In this document: in pieces, positions 29,768 to 38,911 of the stretch
Position numbering within the stretch: position 1 is the first letter of the stretch
Layout of the letters: every line of letters begins with the position of its first letter
DNA from: a virus
Lineage: Duplodnaviria; Caudoviricetes
Virus record (IMG/VR): IMGVR_UViG_3300028887_000078
Reading direction: 5' to 3' (one strand)
DNA: 64,000 bases
The notes under the pieces: model-generated
Databases searched by the model: none
What the model was told of the DNA's origin: nothing
The model's input: the letters and a program-made list of their open reading frames with translations, nothing else
Made by a program: the position numbers and the translations under genes

Positions 29768-29797
29768 AAAGACCGCCAAACGGCGGTCTTTTTTGTT
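29768..29797 (+). terminator. Intrinsic terminator
   Basis: AAAGACCGCC-AAAC-GGCGGTCTTT followed by a T-tract. Confidence 0.85.
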
Positions 29798-30449
29798 TGG
29801 AATTATCCATTTTGGTATTGTTGCATCAAATCAAAAAATATCAATGGAATGGATGTCTGTTAATTTTCCGATACTTCAAATGTTTCTTGCAAATAATCAC
29901 CAACTATAATTTCATTGTTTGAAATGACATTTATGATGTTGTCAACATCATTTGTGAATGCTGTACAAACCGTTTCGATTTTTTCTAAATCTGAAATGTT
30001 TTCTTTTTTGAATTTTTCTGCGGTAATTCTTTTTATCATTTCAGATTCATTATAATCATAATCGGATATAAGCATCCTTTTCAATGTTTTTTCTTTGCTG
30101 ATATTGTCTTTAATATCAAGGAATTTCAAATTGTCTATACTTGCTTTTAATTCATTTATCCAATGTGTAAAATTTATATTTGTGCAGTCAAATAATTGAC
30201 AGTATTTACACAAACACCAATTTTCAACAAGTTGAAAACGTAGTCCATCTACACGTTCTTTGTATTTTTTCAATGGAACTGCCATTTCATATATCATTCC
30301 AATGCGGTTAATCGTATCGGATACGGACTCATTTGTCATTTCAGAAACCTTTTTAATGTGCGGCATAGCATTATTTTTATATCTCTTTATTGAATATAAT
30401 AAAAATCTTGCAAAAATACGCTTTTTGCAAGATTAAAGGTACAATTCCG
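29798..30449. mobile_element. Non-autonomous IS1595-like cassette A
   Basis: Left TGGAATTATCCATTTTGGTATTGT, right GCAAGATTAAAGGTACAATTCCG; T-tracts on both flanks; AT-rich cargo. Confidence 0.65.
29860..30366 (-). CDS. Cassette cargo with capsid-targeting-like N-terminus (MPHIKKVSEM)
   Basis: ORF track; codons strongly A/T-ending. Confidence 0.75.
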   Translation of the reverse strand: MPHIKKVSEMTNESVSDTINRIGMIYEMAVPLKKYKERVDGLRFQLVENWCLCKYCQLFDCTNINFTHWINELKASIDNLKFLDIKDNISKEKTLKRMLISDYDYNESEMIKRITAEKFKKENISDLEKIETVCTAFTNDVDNIINVISNNEIIVGDYLQETFEVSEN

Positions 30450-30468
30450 TTTTTTTTTGTTTTCTGTA

Positions 30469-31128
30469 TCATTGGAAAAACTCTTCCTTGTCGAACATAA
30501 AGAACGTGTAGCATTTTTGGGGGTTGAGGTTCCCGTGCGACACCCATTCTTCATACAGCCTGCTTTCAACATTGGAGATGTAGAACATTCTTGTCATATT
30601 GCAGGCGGACTTCACATTCCACGTCGAAATGTCCTGATTGAATGTGCAGTTTCCCTCGAACATCCTTGAGAAATCTATCACGTTCGAGACATTCCATTGC
30701 GAGATGTCCCCGTTGAAGTTGCTCCCCGCGAACATAGACGACATCATCCTGACGTTCGATACGTCCCATACCGACAGGGCGTTCTGCGAGTCGTCGGTGA
30801 ATTTTGTCTGCTTGAACATACTGTTCATAGTGAGTGTGTCCCCGAACTCCCACATAGAGAGGTCGCAGAAAATGCTGCTCCCCGCGAACATAGTGTCGAA
30901 GTTCCTGACGTTACGCACGTCCCATCCGCTTATGTCCATACGCATATCGGCGTTCACAAACAGATGCGACATATCCTCTATCTGTGAGACGTCTATGAAG
31001 TTGAGGTCTGCGTCATTGCCGTTCGTTTTGCATTCATTGAGGCATATTCGTATCAGTTCACTGCAATTTTTCACACTGACTGACTTGAAACGAATTGACC
31101 TGCCGATTCCGCTTTCTGATATTTTCAT
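30469..31128 (-). CDS. DUF285 repeat protein with MRISE-type N-terminus (MKISES)
   Basis: ADLNFIDVSQIEDMSHLF, FNGDISQWNVSNV repeats. Confidence 0.88.
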   Translation of the reverse strand: MKISESGIGRSIRFKSVSVKNCSELIRICLNECKTNGNDADLNFIDVSQIEDMSHLFVNADMRMDISGWDVRNVRNFDTMFAGSSIFCDLSMWEFGDTLTMNSMFKQTKFTDDSQNALSVWDVSNVRMMSSMFAGSNFNGDISQWNVSNVIDFSRMFEGNCTFNQDISTWNVKSACNMTRMFYISNVESRLYEEWVSHGNLNPQKCYTFFMFDKEEFFQ

Positions 31129-31131
31129 TTT

Positions 31132-31761
31132 TCAAGTTGTTGGATTAGGCGTTTCTTCCTTCAGGAGTTTCTTTCTCTGATTGTTGAAAACATTGCGTGG
31201 GTATTTATACGATTTGGTATCGTCAAGTATACCTGTCACGTCGGTTATCAACCTGACATACTTGACAAGCGGTTCCATAGAATATACAAGCGGTGTTCCG
31301 AAAAACATATACGACATATCAATTATCCCCTCAAGGTTCCAACCGCTTATGTCGGAATTGAAGTTGGACATAGAAAACATCATCTGCGCGTACTTCACGT
31401 TTCTGACGTCCCATTTCTCTATCCCGTGCCCGTCAAAATCGGACTTGTGGAACATTCTCGACGAGTTTATCAGGTTACTTGTATCCCAAAGGTCGAGACT
31501 TCCGTTGAATTTCGTGTATGCGAACATACCTTCCATTATCTCCACGTTTGAGACATCCCACAGGGAAACGTCCCCGCAGAATTTTGTGGTGGAGAACAAC
31601 GCGTGCATATTGATTATCTGCGAAACGTCGAAGTGGTTGAGGTCTGCGTCGTCACCGAGTCTTGACAGTTCCTCCCTGACGCTTTTCCACAGGTCGACAG
31701 TCTCCGTGAATATGCGCTTCGGGACTGTCAGCGTGTTGCCGATGTCTGTCAGTCTCGCCAT
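31132..31761 (-). CDS. DUF285 repeat protein with MRISE-type N-terminus (MARLTD)
   Basis: ADLNHFDVSQI, FCGDVSLWDVSNV repeats. Confidence 0.88.
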   Translation of the reverse strand: MARLTDIGNTLTVPKRIFTETVDLWKSVREELSRLGDDADLNHFDVSQIINMHALFSTTKFCGDVSLWDVSNVEIMEGMFAYTKFNGSLDLWDTSNLINSSRMFHKSDFDGHGIEKWDVRNVKYAQMMFSMSNFNSDISGWNLEGIIDMSYMFFGTPLVYSMEPLVKYVRLITDVTGILDDTKSYKYPRNVFNNQRKKLLKEETPNPTT

Positions 31762-31762
31762 A

Positions 31763-31945
31763 TTAGAACATCGGGTCGTCGTAATACTCGTCCAATCCGT
31801 CGTCTATCTCGTCGGTGCAGTCGTTTTCATAGACATAGTCGTCCATAATGTTCTTTGCGGCGGCAAGGGTTTCCTTGTCCACATAGTATCCGTCGTTGTG
31901 AAGCGAGAGTATGAACCTCGCGCAGGTTACAGCATCTTGTTCCAT
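31763..31945 (-). CDS. Small acidic hypothetical protein
   Basis: ORF track. Confidence 0.55.
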   Translation of the reverse strand: MEQDAVTCARFILSLHNDGYYVDKETLAAAKNIMDDYVYENDCTDEIDDGLDEYYDDPMF

Positions 31946-32036
31946 TGTGATTTGTTTATTGACTATAAACTATATATAACAAAAAGTTTTGTGTTTTTAA
32001 CCGAACGTATAAATATATCATAATATTTTTTTGCAA

Positions 32037-32999
32037 ATGCCAAGCGTAAGCGATAAACAGCAGAATTTTTTCAAATGGGTGCAGTCCGTGCAGAACGGCA
32101 CCGCAAAGAAGAAAGACGCCCCGAAAAGCGTCCTTGACGCGGCAAAGTCTATGACAAAGAAACAGGTCAGTGATTTCGCAGACCACCTTTCGGTGAAGAA
32201 AAAACGCAAACAAGTCAAGGAAAAACATTATATAGACAGAAACATAAAATTGAAAACTATGACGAAGATAATGAGAATAGACGAGTTCGTCGCCACAAAC
32301 TTCGGGCACAAACTCAACGAATCGAACAGTGAGGGTGAAATAGGTCTGTGGTCGTTCCCAGGAACCTATGGCACACTTTGGGGTGACCTTGAAGACATTG
32401 AACTAATCGACAGCAACGAGTTCGAGAATATGTTCGGGCACCTTCCTGAACACGCGAATTTCGATGAATGGAAAGTGAACCTCGACACGTTCAAAAAAGA
32501 ACTTGGGGAATTTTACACAACCGAAATTGAGAAACGATACAGGGAGGTTTTCGGAAACACGTTCAAACTTGAATTTAGCGAATTTTGGTCTCCGAGAGAA
32601 TACAACTTCAGGAACGACGTCATCTATGCAAAACTGATTGTCGGCAACAACGGTGAGTTTGAAAGCGCACTTGTTGAAAAAATGAACGAACACAGTGATG
32701 TCATTGCAAAGGTGATAAACGACAGGCATTCAAGCAGGTCTGGGTTTGCGTCGCTTATGTCAAACGATTTCAACGAATGGATTGTCAAAATCAATGAATT
32801 TGACACGCAGTATATCGGTTACGCTATGTACTATGCCTACTGTGCCGACACCATTGGAAACGATGTTGAAAAATGGAACGAACTCGACCTTGACATATAT
32901 GAACTCGCTAACGGGAACGGACTGACAATGGACGGTTTCTGTGAACCGACAACAGACGAGGCAAAACGCGAATACCAAATGTACTTGGATAAAAGATAG
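32037..32999 (+). CDS. Late protein: DUF3008-like N-terminus fused to capsid-targeting-like module (internal MTKIMRIDEF at 32259)
   Basis: MPSVSDKQQNFF...AKSMTKKQVSDFA; TATAAATA at 32008. Confidence 0.75.
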   Translation: MPSVSDKQQNFFKWVQSVQNGTAKKKDAPKSVLDAAKSMTKKQVSDFADHLSVKKKRKQVKEKHYIDRNIKLKTMTKIMRIDEFVATNFGHKLNESNSEGEIGLWSFPGTYGTLWGDLEDIELIDSNEFENMFGHLPEHANFDEWKVNLDTFKKELGEFYTTEIEKRYREVFGNTFKLEFSEFWSPREYNFRNDVIYAKLIVGNNGEFESALVEKMNEHSDVIAKVINDRHSSRSGFASLMSNDFNEWIVKINEFDTQYIGYAMYYAYCADTIGNDVEKWNELDLDIYELANGNGLTMDGFCEPTTDEAKREYQMYLDKR

Positions 33000-33002
33000 G
33001 TT

Positions 33003-33021
33003 GATATATCGCCGATATATC
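33003..33021. promoter_or_regulatory. GATATATC-N3-GATATATC box
   Basis: Perfect copy, spacer GCC. Confidence 0.75.
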
Positions 33022-33030
33022 TCCAAACTT

Positions 33031-33057
33031 AAAGACCGCTTCAAGGCGGTCTTTTTT
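33031..33057 (+). terminator. Intrinsic terminator
   Basis: AAAGACCGC-TTCAAG-GCGGTCTTT followed by a T-tract. Confidence 0.8.
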
Positions 33058-33198
33058 GTATTTTTTGAATTAAACGTCCGAGTTCCGATTCCTTTGGCGC
33101 TTATTCTGAAAATTGAAAAAAAAGCGCCCTGTTTCAAGCGAGGTTGTGTCTAACTTCAAAAACAGGCGCCTTCCTGCAACCGCCATCTGAACCTTGTT

Positions 33199-33690
33199 CT
33201 AAAAGTTGAGTTTCGAGTCTTCCGTGACGAACTTGTATTCCATACCGCATTTGTCGCAATACGCCCTGCACGCCTTCGCCTTCTCCATATTCTTTATATA
33301 CACCTTCGCCTGCCGTTGGTAGTTCTCAAGGGTTTTGGGTGTTTCCCTTTTCGGTTTGACAGGAGGCGTCAGGTCTTTCTTCGGTTTCACCTCCACGACG
33401 ATTTTGCGCACAGTGTCCCCCGTCTTGTACTCGAAGTAGAAGTCGGGGAAGTATTCGTGGTACTTTTCGTCTATTATGCTGAAGTAGTTTATGCGAAGGC
33501 ATTCGCTCCCCCATTTTATCACGGACGACGACTCGTCGAGGAACTTGCACACCTTGTACTCCCAACTTGAACGGTAGATTATCGGCATCTTCCCGCAGTA
33601 TTTGGCGGGGAACAACGGGTTGTAGTACCCCTGCTTGAACGGGGACTTCCTGCTTCTTATTGTATGTGGTTGCAACGACTTTATGTCCAT
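33199..33690 (-). CDS. T4 gp4-like head completion nuclease
   Basis: KQGYY.P..P.KY.G, IYRSSWE, WGSE, YFPDF, EVKP; late promoter 33706. Confidence 0.9.
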   Translation of the reverse strand: MDIKSLQPHTIRSRKSPFKQGYYNPLFPAKYCGKMPIIYRSSWEYKVCKFLDESSSVIKWGSECLRINYFSIIDEKYHEYFPDFYFEYKTGDTVRKIVVEVKPKKDLTPPVKPKRETPKTLENYQRQAKVYIKNMEKAKACRAYCDKCGMEYKFVTEDSKLNF

Positions 33691-33789
33691 AAACAGGTTT
33701 TTGTGTATTTATAAATCTATGCAATAGATAAAATAAATGAAACTTGCAGCAATGTGTAAAATATCACGTATAGATTCTTAATAGTATTT

Positions 33790-33813
33790 TGGAATTGTCC
33801 CTTTAGTCTTGTA
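33790..33813. repeat. Extra IS1595-like left end
   Basis: TGGAATTGTCCCTTTAGTCTTGTA. Confidence 0.7.
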
Positions 33814-33901
33814 CTTTCACTTGTACATATTTCAAACCAACAAAAAAAAAAATCCTGCTATTAGCAGGATTTTGTTTCGGAATTATCCCTTTTAGTCTTG
33901 T

Positions 33902-34000
33902 GAATATGTTGATGAATTTTGCTTCAGATTGAACCACCGTGACATTGAAAGTGCTTGGGAACACTTGTTGGGATTGGGAATTAACGGGGTGGCGGCGTGA
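33902..34000 (+). pseudogene. IS1595 transposase C-terminal remnant
   Basis: EYVDEFCFRLNHRDIESAWEHLLGLGINGVAA* matches the YLxEFxFRxNxR motif; abuts the left IR. Confidence 0.8.
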
Positions 34001-34082
34001 CTATATTTCAAACATTATCTGAAATTTGTCTTGATGAAATCAAAAGTTTTATTTGTTTAAGCATCCTAAAATCAATCAGATG

Positions 34083-34646
34083 CTATGCCAAATCCCAATA
34101 TTTTAGATTTTTTATCGCTATTGAATAATTTGAATGTGAAGAATAAAATCCACAAGTAAAATACAACCTTGTTGCGCTTTGGTTTTGTCTATAACTTAAA
34201 TTGCCAAACCCTGTATTTATTACAGTTGCGCCTCCAACAATTTTAAGTTCGTGTTCAAAGTGATACCAAGTGTTCAATGAATGGGTGTCCATACCGATAA
34301 AAGCGGTGAACGGAGGCCAAAACGCATATTGGTTTTTTGACACAGATGCCAAAGTAAATATACTATTGTCCCCTTTTCTTGTGACATTAGCGTCAAATTC
34401 TCTTTTAATCCATAGGTCTGTCTGCGCTATTGGGTACAGATTCACATTGTTTATCCACGCAACATTGCTGTCGCCGTTACTACCAGTTTGTGAAAACACA
34501 TAGGCATTCAACGAACTGTTCCAAGCATATTTTCCATTGTTATACAAGGACGCACCGCTTATATGGTCTGTGATGTCGCCATAGGACAACGGCATATCCA
34601 ATATAAGTAGTTGTTGTGGGGGGGGGCAATGGTGGCGTATCGGCAT
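34083..34646 (-). CDS. Cassette cargo: beta-rich (ConA/LamG-like?) late protein
   Basis: LDMPL, LNTWYHF, IKNLKYW pattern; TATAAATA at 34663; AT-rich. Confidence 0.65.
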   Translation of the reverse strand: MPIRHHCPPPQQLLILDMPLSYGDITDHISGASLYNNGKYAWNSSLNAYVFSQTGSNGDSNVAWINNVNLYPIAQTDLWIKREFDANVTRKGDNSIFTLASVSKNQYAFWPPFTAFIGMDTHSLNTWYHFEHELKIVGGATVINTGFGNLSYRQNQSATRLYFTCGFYSSHSNYSIAIKNLKYWDLA

Positions 34647-34779
34647 AGTATTTAGTTTTTGATATTTATAAAGTTAATTTTTCAAAAAAGTTGTATTTTT
34701 GTGACGTGAAAAATCAATCATAAATATATTACAAGACTAAAAGGGATAATTCCGTTTATTTTTTACAGGTGGCGTTCGG

Positions 34780-35133
34780 TTAGTCCGTCGTGCTGTAGAA
34801 ATAGTCGAGTTCCTTTCCTTTGAGGTTGTTCACCGCGTATTCGTCCGCCTCTTTCCACAGGTCGTTGTAGAGTTCGGCGAATTTGTCGTTCCTTTCATAC
34901 CACTGCCAAATCTTGTGGTTGAGAACCATCACGAGTTCGGTCAGGTAGATGTAGTTGTCCTTCCATTCGTTGAATGCCCTTTTGTAGGTGTCCTTGATTG
35001 CGTTTATGCCGAACCTGTCGGCGATGGTGAAGTCTTCCCAAAATGTCGTCTGCGGTTTGTAACCCATCTCCTCCGCCATCTCCCAATGCTCGTTGACTGA
35101 TGACATCTCGTCTATTGTCATAATGTATGCCAT
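34780..35133 (-). CDS. Protein with capsid-targeting-like N-terminus (MAYIMTIDEM)
   Basis: TATAAATA at 35156; body TTFWEDFTIADRFG...LTELVMVLNHKIW. Confidence 0.8.
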   Translation of the reverse strand: MAYIMTIDEMSSVNEHWEMAEEMGYKPQTTFWEDFTIADRFGINAIKDTYKRAFNEWKDNYIYLTELVMVLNHKIWQWYERNDKFAELYNDLWKEADEYAVNNLKGKELDYFYSTTD

Positions 35134-35154
35134 ATCTCAAAATTTATACTTGCA

Positions 35155-35547
35155 TTATTTATATCTTGCAAGTTTCACCATATCAATCGCTCCGTTTGTC
35201 AGTTCCTTCACCTTTTCACAGAACGCCATATCGTACACACAAACCACGTTGTGTGAGACACTCTTGTAACTGCTCGGCGGAGAGAACGGCATAAGGCGTG
35301 AGAACTGTGTGCGTATAACCTCCCTCCTGTACAGGGCAGCAAGTTTCCCGTCCTTTGTCAGGAACTTCACGGCGGCGGGTGACATCTCATTGGAGTACAT
35401 TGGGTTCATCACTTTCGGAACCTGTGTGTCAAACACCTCAACCAATTTCGGCATAATCCATAAAAACAGGTCTGCGGGTGTCATAGAACCGAACAGACAT
35501 CCGTTTGTGGTTCGACCGAGCGTGATTTCAAAAAGAGGGGTTTCCAT
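35155..35547 (-). CDS. Hypothetical late protein
   Basis: ATG 35547 METPLF; TATAAATA at 35565. Confidence 0.65.
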   Translation of the reverse strand: METPLFEITLGRTTNGCLFGSMTPADLFLWIMPKLVEVFDTQVPKVMNPMYSNEMSPAAVKFLTKDGKLAALYRREVIRTQFSRLMPFSPPSSYKSVSHNVVCVYDMAFCEKVKELTNGAIDMVKLARYK

Positions 35548-35605
35548 TTTTCTCAATTTTTCATTATTTATAGATTTTTTTATTATATTCAATAAAAGAA
35601 CAATT

Positions 35606-35959
35606 ATGAAAAAGAAAATCAGAGCAAAATATCCGACACTCTTTTGTGATGAAAAGAAAGGCAGGGACAACAAAGATTATTACAACACAAGTGGAAGACC
35701 GTGCGAGAGCGGATATACGGTGAGAGTGCCGTCACTGAAACGCAGCAAAAAGATTTGGGACAATTTTTACAAGTTGTTCCCATACATCAAGAACTCGTTG
35801 ATGAACAACCGATATGTGTACCGTTTCGGTGAACCGACTTTGGTCGGTAATGTCTATGTGTGCAAGGAAGAGCGTGTACACGCGCTGAACCCGTTTAATG
35901 GCAGAGTACACGGTGTAGGACGCAGAATCCGAACGACAAAATTTTTGAAAACTTGGTAA
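35606..35959 (+). CDS. Basic hypothetical protein
   Basis: ATG after promoter motif 35583; ends RRIRTTKFLKTW. Confidence 0.7.
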   Translation: MKKKIRAKYPTLFCDEKKGRDNKDYYNTSGRPCESGYTVRVPSLKRSKKIWDNFYKLFPYIKNSLMNNRYVYRFGEPTLVGNVYVCKEERVHALNPFNGRVHGVGRRIRTTKFLKTW

Positions 35960-35980
35960 TAAAAACAAAAAGATAAAAAT

Positions 35981-36214
35981 ATGAATGAAGTGGTCACAGT
36001 AAAGAAAGACCGTTATTATATGTGCATAATGGACTGGCACAAATTGGGTTCGTCTTTCACAGAAGGAAAGGTTTACAAGTGTCACAAAGACCGTTGTATG
36101 TATGATGACAATCACTCCGAGAAGGCTTCGGTCGGTATGTTGTTCCGTCTTGCCACAAAGGATGAGATTAGAGAACATAAGAGAATGTTGAAACTTCAAA
36201 GTCGCAGAATCTGA
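35981..36214 (+). CDS. Hypothetical protein
   Basis: ORF track; TGA stop falls inside repeat copy 2. Confidence 0.6.
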   Translation: MNEVVTVKKDRYYMCIMDWHKLGSSFTEGKVYKCHKDRCMYDDNHSEKASVGMLFRLATKDEIREHKRMLKLQSRRI

Positions 36215-36274
36215 ACAACGAAGTTTTTGAAAACTTGGTAAAAAATAAAACAAAAATAACAAAAACAAGCAAAT

Positions 36275-36553
36275 ATGAAAAGAGCGGTTTATTTAGGCGG
36301 ATTCAAAGAGTTCAATCCCGAAGACACGAACACAAAAGATGGTGATGTTTACCTCTTTCATTCAAAAAAGGATATGAAACTCCATATCGGAATATTCTTC
36401 AAACAGGATGAAAATGGTAGTTGGGGGTTTACCGATTACTTCACGGGAAAGCGGCATTATCCCTATACATCCGAAGTTATTGATTTGAATGAGGCAACAC
36501 TTGAAGATGTTGCAATAACACTTAACCCAACGGGGAATCTGTCAAAATGCTGA
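36275..36553 (+). CDS. Hypothetical protein
   Basis: ORF track. Confidence 0.65.
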   Translation: MKRAVYLGGFKEFNPEDTNTKDGDVYLFHSKKDMKLHIGIFFKQDENGSWGFTDYFTGKRHYPYTSEVIDLNEATLEDVAITLNPTGNLSKC

Positions 36554-36676
36554 CAAATGGCATAATAAATGCACTTGCAACGTCAAGCGCGGAGGCGGTG
36601 CTGTTCGGGATGGTTGTGGTCATAGAATCCGAACGACAAAATTTTTGAAACTTGGTAAAATTAAAAACAACAAACT

Positions 36677-37273
36677 ATGAAGAATCTTGAAAAAGTAACG
36701 GAACTGATGTTCTCCGTGAACGTAAAAGACCTTAAAGAGCACATTCGCGGCAAAATCAAAGTGTTGAGAAGTGCCAATAAGGACTACTGTGGAAATTGGT
36801 GGTCGTTAGGAATGAAACGAATATCCGCACAAGACCTGTCTGACAAGAGAATGTACTTCGGTGAATGCAGGCACGGGTTCTCATTCGTGGAGGAGGACAA
36901 ACCTTTTATGCAGGTCGCCAACCTCATTTCTTTGATAAGCAAGAACGACCTGCGCTCATTCATACGAAAAGTTGGTGAGAACCCGTCAAAGGAGGTCATC
37001 TTGGATTTCATCATCAAGAAACTCCCCGACTGCATTATGTTCCAAATGCGCGGGTTCCCGCACAATGACTGTATGGTTCTCTCGGAAATCAAAGACCCGA
37101 ATGACTATGCCGTTGACAAGTCGGAACGCATTAAGGTCTATGAGTCCGAATTGAAAAAATTGGAGAAAGAGGTTCGTGTACTCCTAATCAATCAGGACAA
37201 CATTAAAAGAAAACTCCATAACCTGAAGTTGTATCAGGAACATTATAACGAATTACAAAAAATCAAGAAGTGA
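36677..37273 (+). CDS. Hypothetical protein
   Basis: ORF track; C-terminal coiled coil. Confidence 0.7.
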   Translation: MKNLEKVTELMFSVNVKDLKEHIRGKIKVLRSANKDYCGNWWSLGMKRISAQDLSDKRMYFGECRHGFSFVEEDKPFMQVANLISLISKNDLRSFIRKVGENPSKEVILDFIIKKLPDCIMFQMRGFPHNDCMVLSEIKDPNDYAVDKSERIKVYESELKKLEKEVRVLLINQDNIKRKLHNLKLYQEHYNELQKIKK

Positions 37274-37563
37274 TGAAACCTGAATTTGTATCCTGCAAAA
37301 TGCCGATGAACAGGGAAACCGTCAACTTTCTCAAAAAGAAAGGGGACTTCTTTTTCGTGAAGGTGCGCAGAACGTCCGTGAAGTACGACTATGACAAGTT
37401 GAAAAACGTGACGGAGCAGTCCGTCAAAATAACGACGTTGCAGATATTCCCCAATATCGTCATATACTCACACGACTTCTTCAGGGAGTACAAGGACGAA
37501 ACCCTCATCGGGTACTGCCCCATTGAATTTGAACAGGAGAAAAATCTGACAATCAATCTGTAA
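37270..37563 (+). CDS. Hypothetical protein
   Basis: ORF track. Confidence 0.6.
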   Translation: MMKPEFVSCKMPMNRETVNFLKKKGDFFFVKVRRTSVKYDYDKLKNVTEQSVKITTLQIFPNIVIYSHDFFREYKDETLIGYCPIEFEQEKNLTINL

Positions 37564-37592
37564 AAGTCAATCTGTAAAAAGTCAATTTGTAA
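37553..37592 (+). repeat. Short tandem repeat (TCAATCTGTAAAAG x~3)
   Basis: Direct reading. Confidence 0.7.
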
Positions 37593-37605
37593 GCGCCAAT
37601 CCGCA

Positions 37606-38004
37606 ATGATAACCTCAACCCCCATATTGAAAGAATGCTGCTGTGTCAACAATGAAACAGATAACAGCATAGTGTATTGGAAGTTCGGCGACCGCATAGA
37701 CTTCATTCTGTATGTCTATGCCGCGAGGGATATATGGGGCGGAAAGGTCGAACAGGACGGGTTGTGCGAAAAATTGGGTGCAAGGATAAAAAGTCTCAAG
37801 AATGAAGTCCTTATAGACGGCATTGCTGGACGTTTCACGGAAGTCAAAAGATACAGCAGGATGGTCGCGTTGAACGGGTCTATACCGTCAAGTGATGAAT
37901 TTGCCACAAACTTCAATATGGGCGTATTCAAAAAGTTGAAAAGGCGGAAATTGAGCGTGATATACCTTGAACTGACGGAAGAAATCGGTCTGATTGTATG
38001 CTGA
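37606..38004 (+). CDS. MISD-subfamily protein (MITSTPILKE)
   Basis: Aligns with the following MISDNNILK paralogs. Confidence 0.75.
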   Translation: MITSTPILKECCCVNNETDNSIVYWKFGDRIDFILYVYAARDIWGGKVEQDGLCEKLGARIKSLKNEVLIDGIAGRFTEVKRYSRMVALNGSIPSSDEFATNFNMGVFKKLKRRKLSVIYLELTEEIGLIVC

Positions 38005-38020
38005 CAAAAATATGATTGCA

Positions 38021-38440
38021 ATGATAAGCGACAATGACGTATTGAAACAAACCTGTGAAATGCTGCCCGACAACCTCGTGCATTGGGTTGATTCCGATTG
38101 CAGAGGTGTGGCGATGCTGCGCTTTTCGTTCACGGTTAGCACGGTGTACGGGGCGCTTTGGAGGAAGATGGACATTGAAACGTTCTATGAGCAAATGAAG
38201 CACGCCGTGGACGGAGGCGACTCGAACGTAATCTATGTAGGAAGATGGGTTGCACACATAGACAGGATTGCTCTTGTCGGCGGTTGCATCACGGCGGACT
38301 GTCATTTCAATGGGAGTCAGTGGCAAAATGATATTTTGGAACACCTGTGCCGCCTTGAACTCGACGGGTTCCAAATAAGGAAATTCGGTTATGACACGGT
38401 TAATTTTGCAATGACACATCACTACATTTTGGATTATTGA
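38021..38440 (+). CDS. MISD-subfamily protein (MISDNDVLK)
   Basis: Motif start at ATG 38021. Confidence 0.8.
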   Translation: MISDNDVLKQTCEMLPDNLVHWVDSDCRGVAMLRFSFTVSTVYGALWRKMDIETFYEQMKHAVDGGDSNVIYVGRWVAHIDRIALVGGCITADCHFNGSQWQNDILEHLCRLELDGFQIRKFGYDTVNFAMTHHYILDY

Positions 38441-38449
38441 GGAATATAA

Positions 38450-38881
38450 ATGATAAGCGACAACAACATACTGAAAGCAACCTGCGAACACACCCCAATC
38501 GGAAACGGCAACTCGATGATATGTTGGGTTATGACTTCGTATGTGGTGAACTTCCGCATTTTTCTGCGCGACGTCGTGACTTTGCCTGACGGGTACATAA
38601 AAAGCGCAGGTGAACTTGTCTATAAACTGCTCAACAGGATTGACAGCGGGTCGAACAAAGTTGAGTTCGGGGAGTTCGGGGAGTTCGGCGACGGGACTGT
38701 CACTAATGCGTGGAAATCCCCTTGGAGTGAGAACAACGTTGCGATTGACGGGTATTTCCAATTCAGTTCAAGTAAGGAAGCGGAGGCATTTTACGAAAGA
38801 ATAACGTCAAGATACGCCACCTCCGACACATTGAACTTCTTTATGCTCGATGTAGGGAAGTATTGCGGTCAGGTGTCCTAA
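38450..38881 (+). CDS. MISD-subfamily protein (MISDNNILK)
   Basis: Motif. Confidence 0.85.
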   Translation: MISDNNILKATCEHTPIGNGNSMICWVMTSYVVNFRIFLRDVVTLPDGYIKSAGELVYKLLNRIDSGSNKVEFGEFGEFGDGTVTNAWKSPWSENNVAIDGYFQFSSSKEAEAFYERITSRYATSDTLNFFMLDVGKYCGQVS

Positions 38882-38911
38882 TCCATTTGAAAGTGAAATC
38901 CGATTTTTGAT

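Larger units (their letters stand above)
33878..34754. mobile_element. Internally deleted IS1595-family transporter element (cassette B)
   Basis: Perfect 24-bp IR CGGAATTATCCCTTTTAGTCTTGT (33878-33901 / 34731-34754); transposase stub; flanks TTTGTTT / TTTATTT. Confidence 0.85.
35921..36658 (+). repeat. Three ~38-bp direct repeats separating consecutive genes
   Basis: AGAATCYGAACRACRAARTTTTTGAAA(A)CTTGGTAA at 35921-35959, 36203-36241, 36624-36658. Confidence 0.85.

Noticed and set aside
33095-33172. Possible ncRNA between convergent genes
   Set aside because: Explained by a long terminator-like hairpin (GGCGCCTGTTT...AAACAGGGCGCT plus U-tract) on the minus strand.
35921-36658. CRISPR array
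   Set aside because: Repeats are separated by gene-sized, unequal spacers and encode a protein C-terminus; no cas genes.
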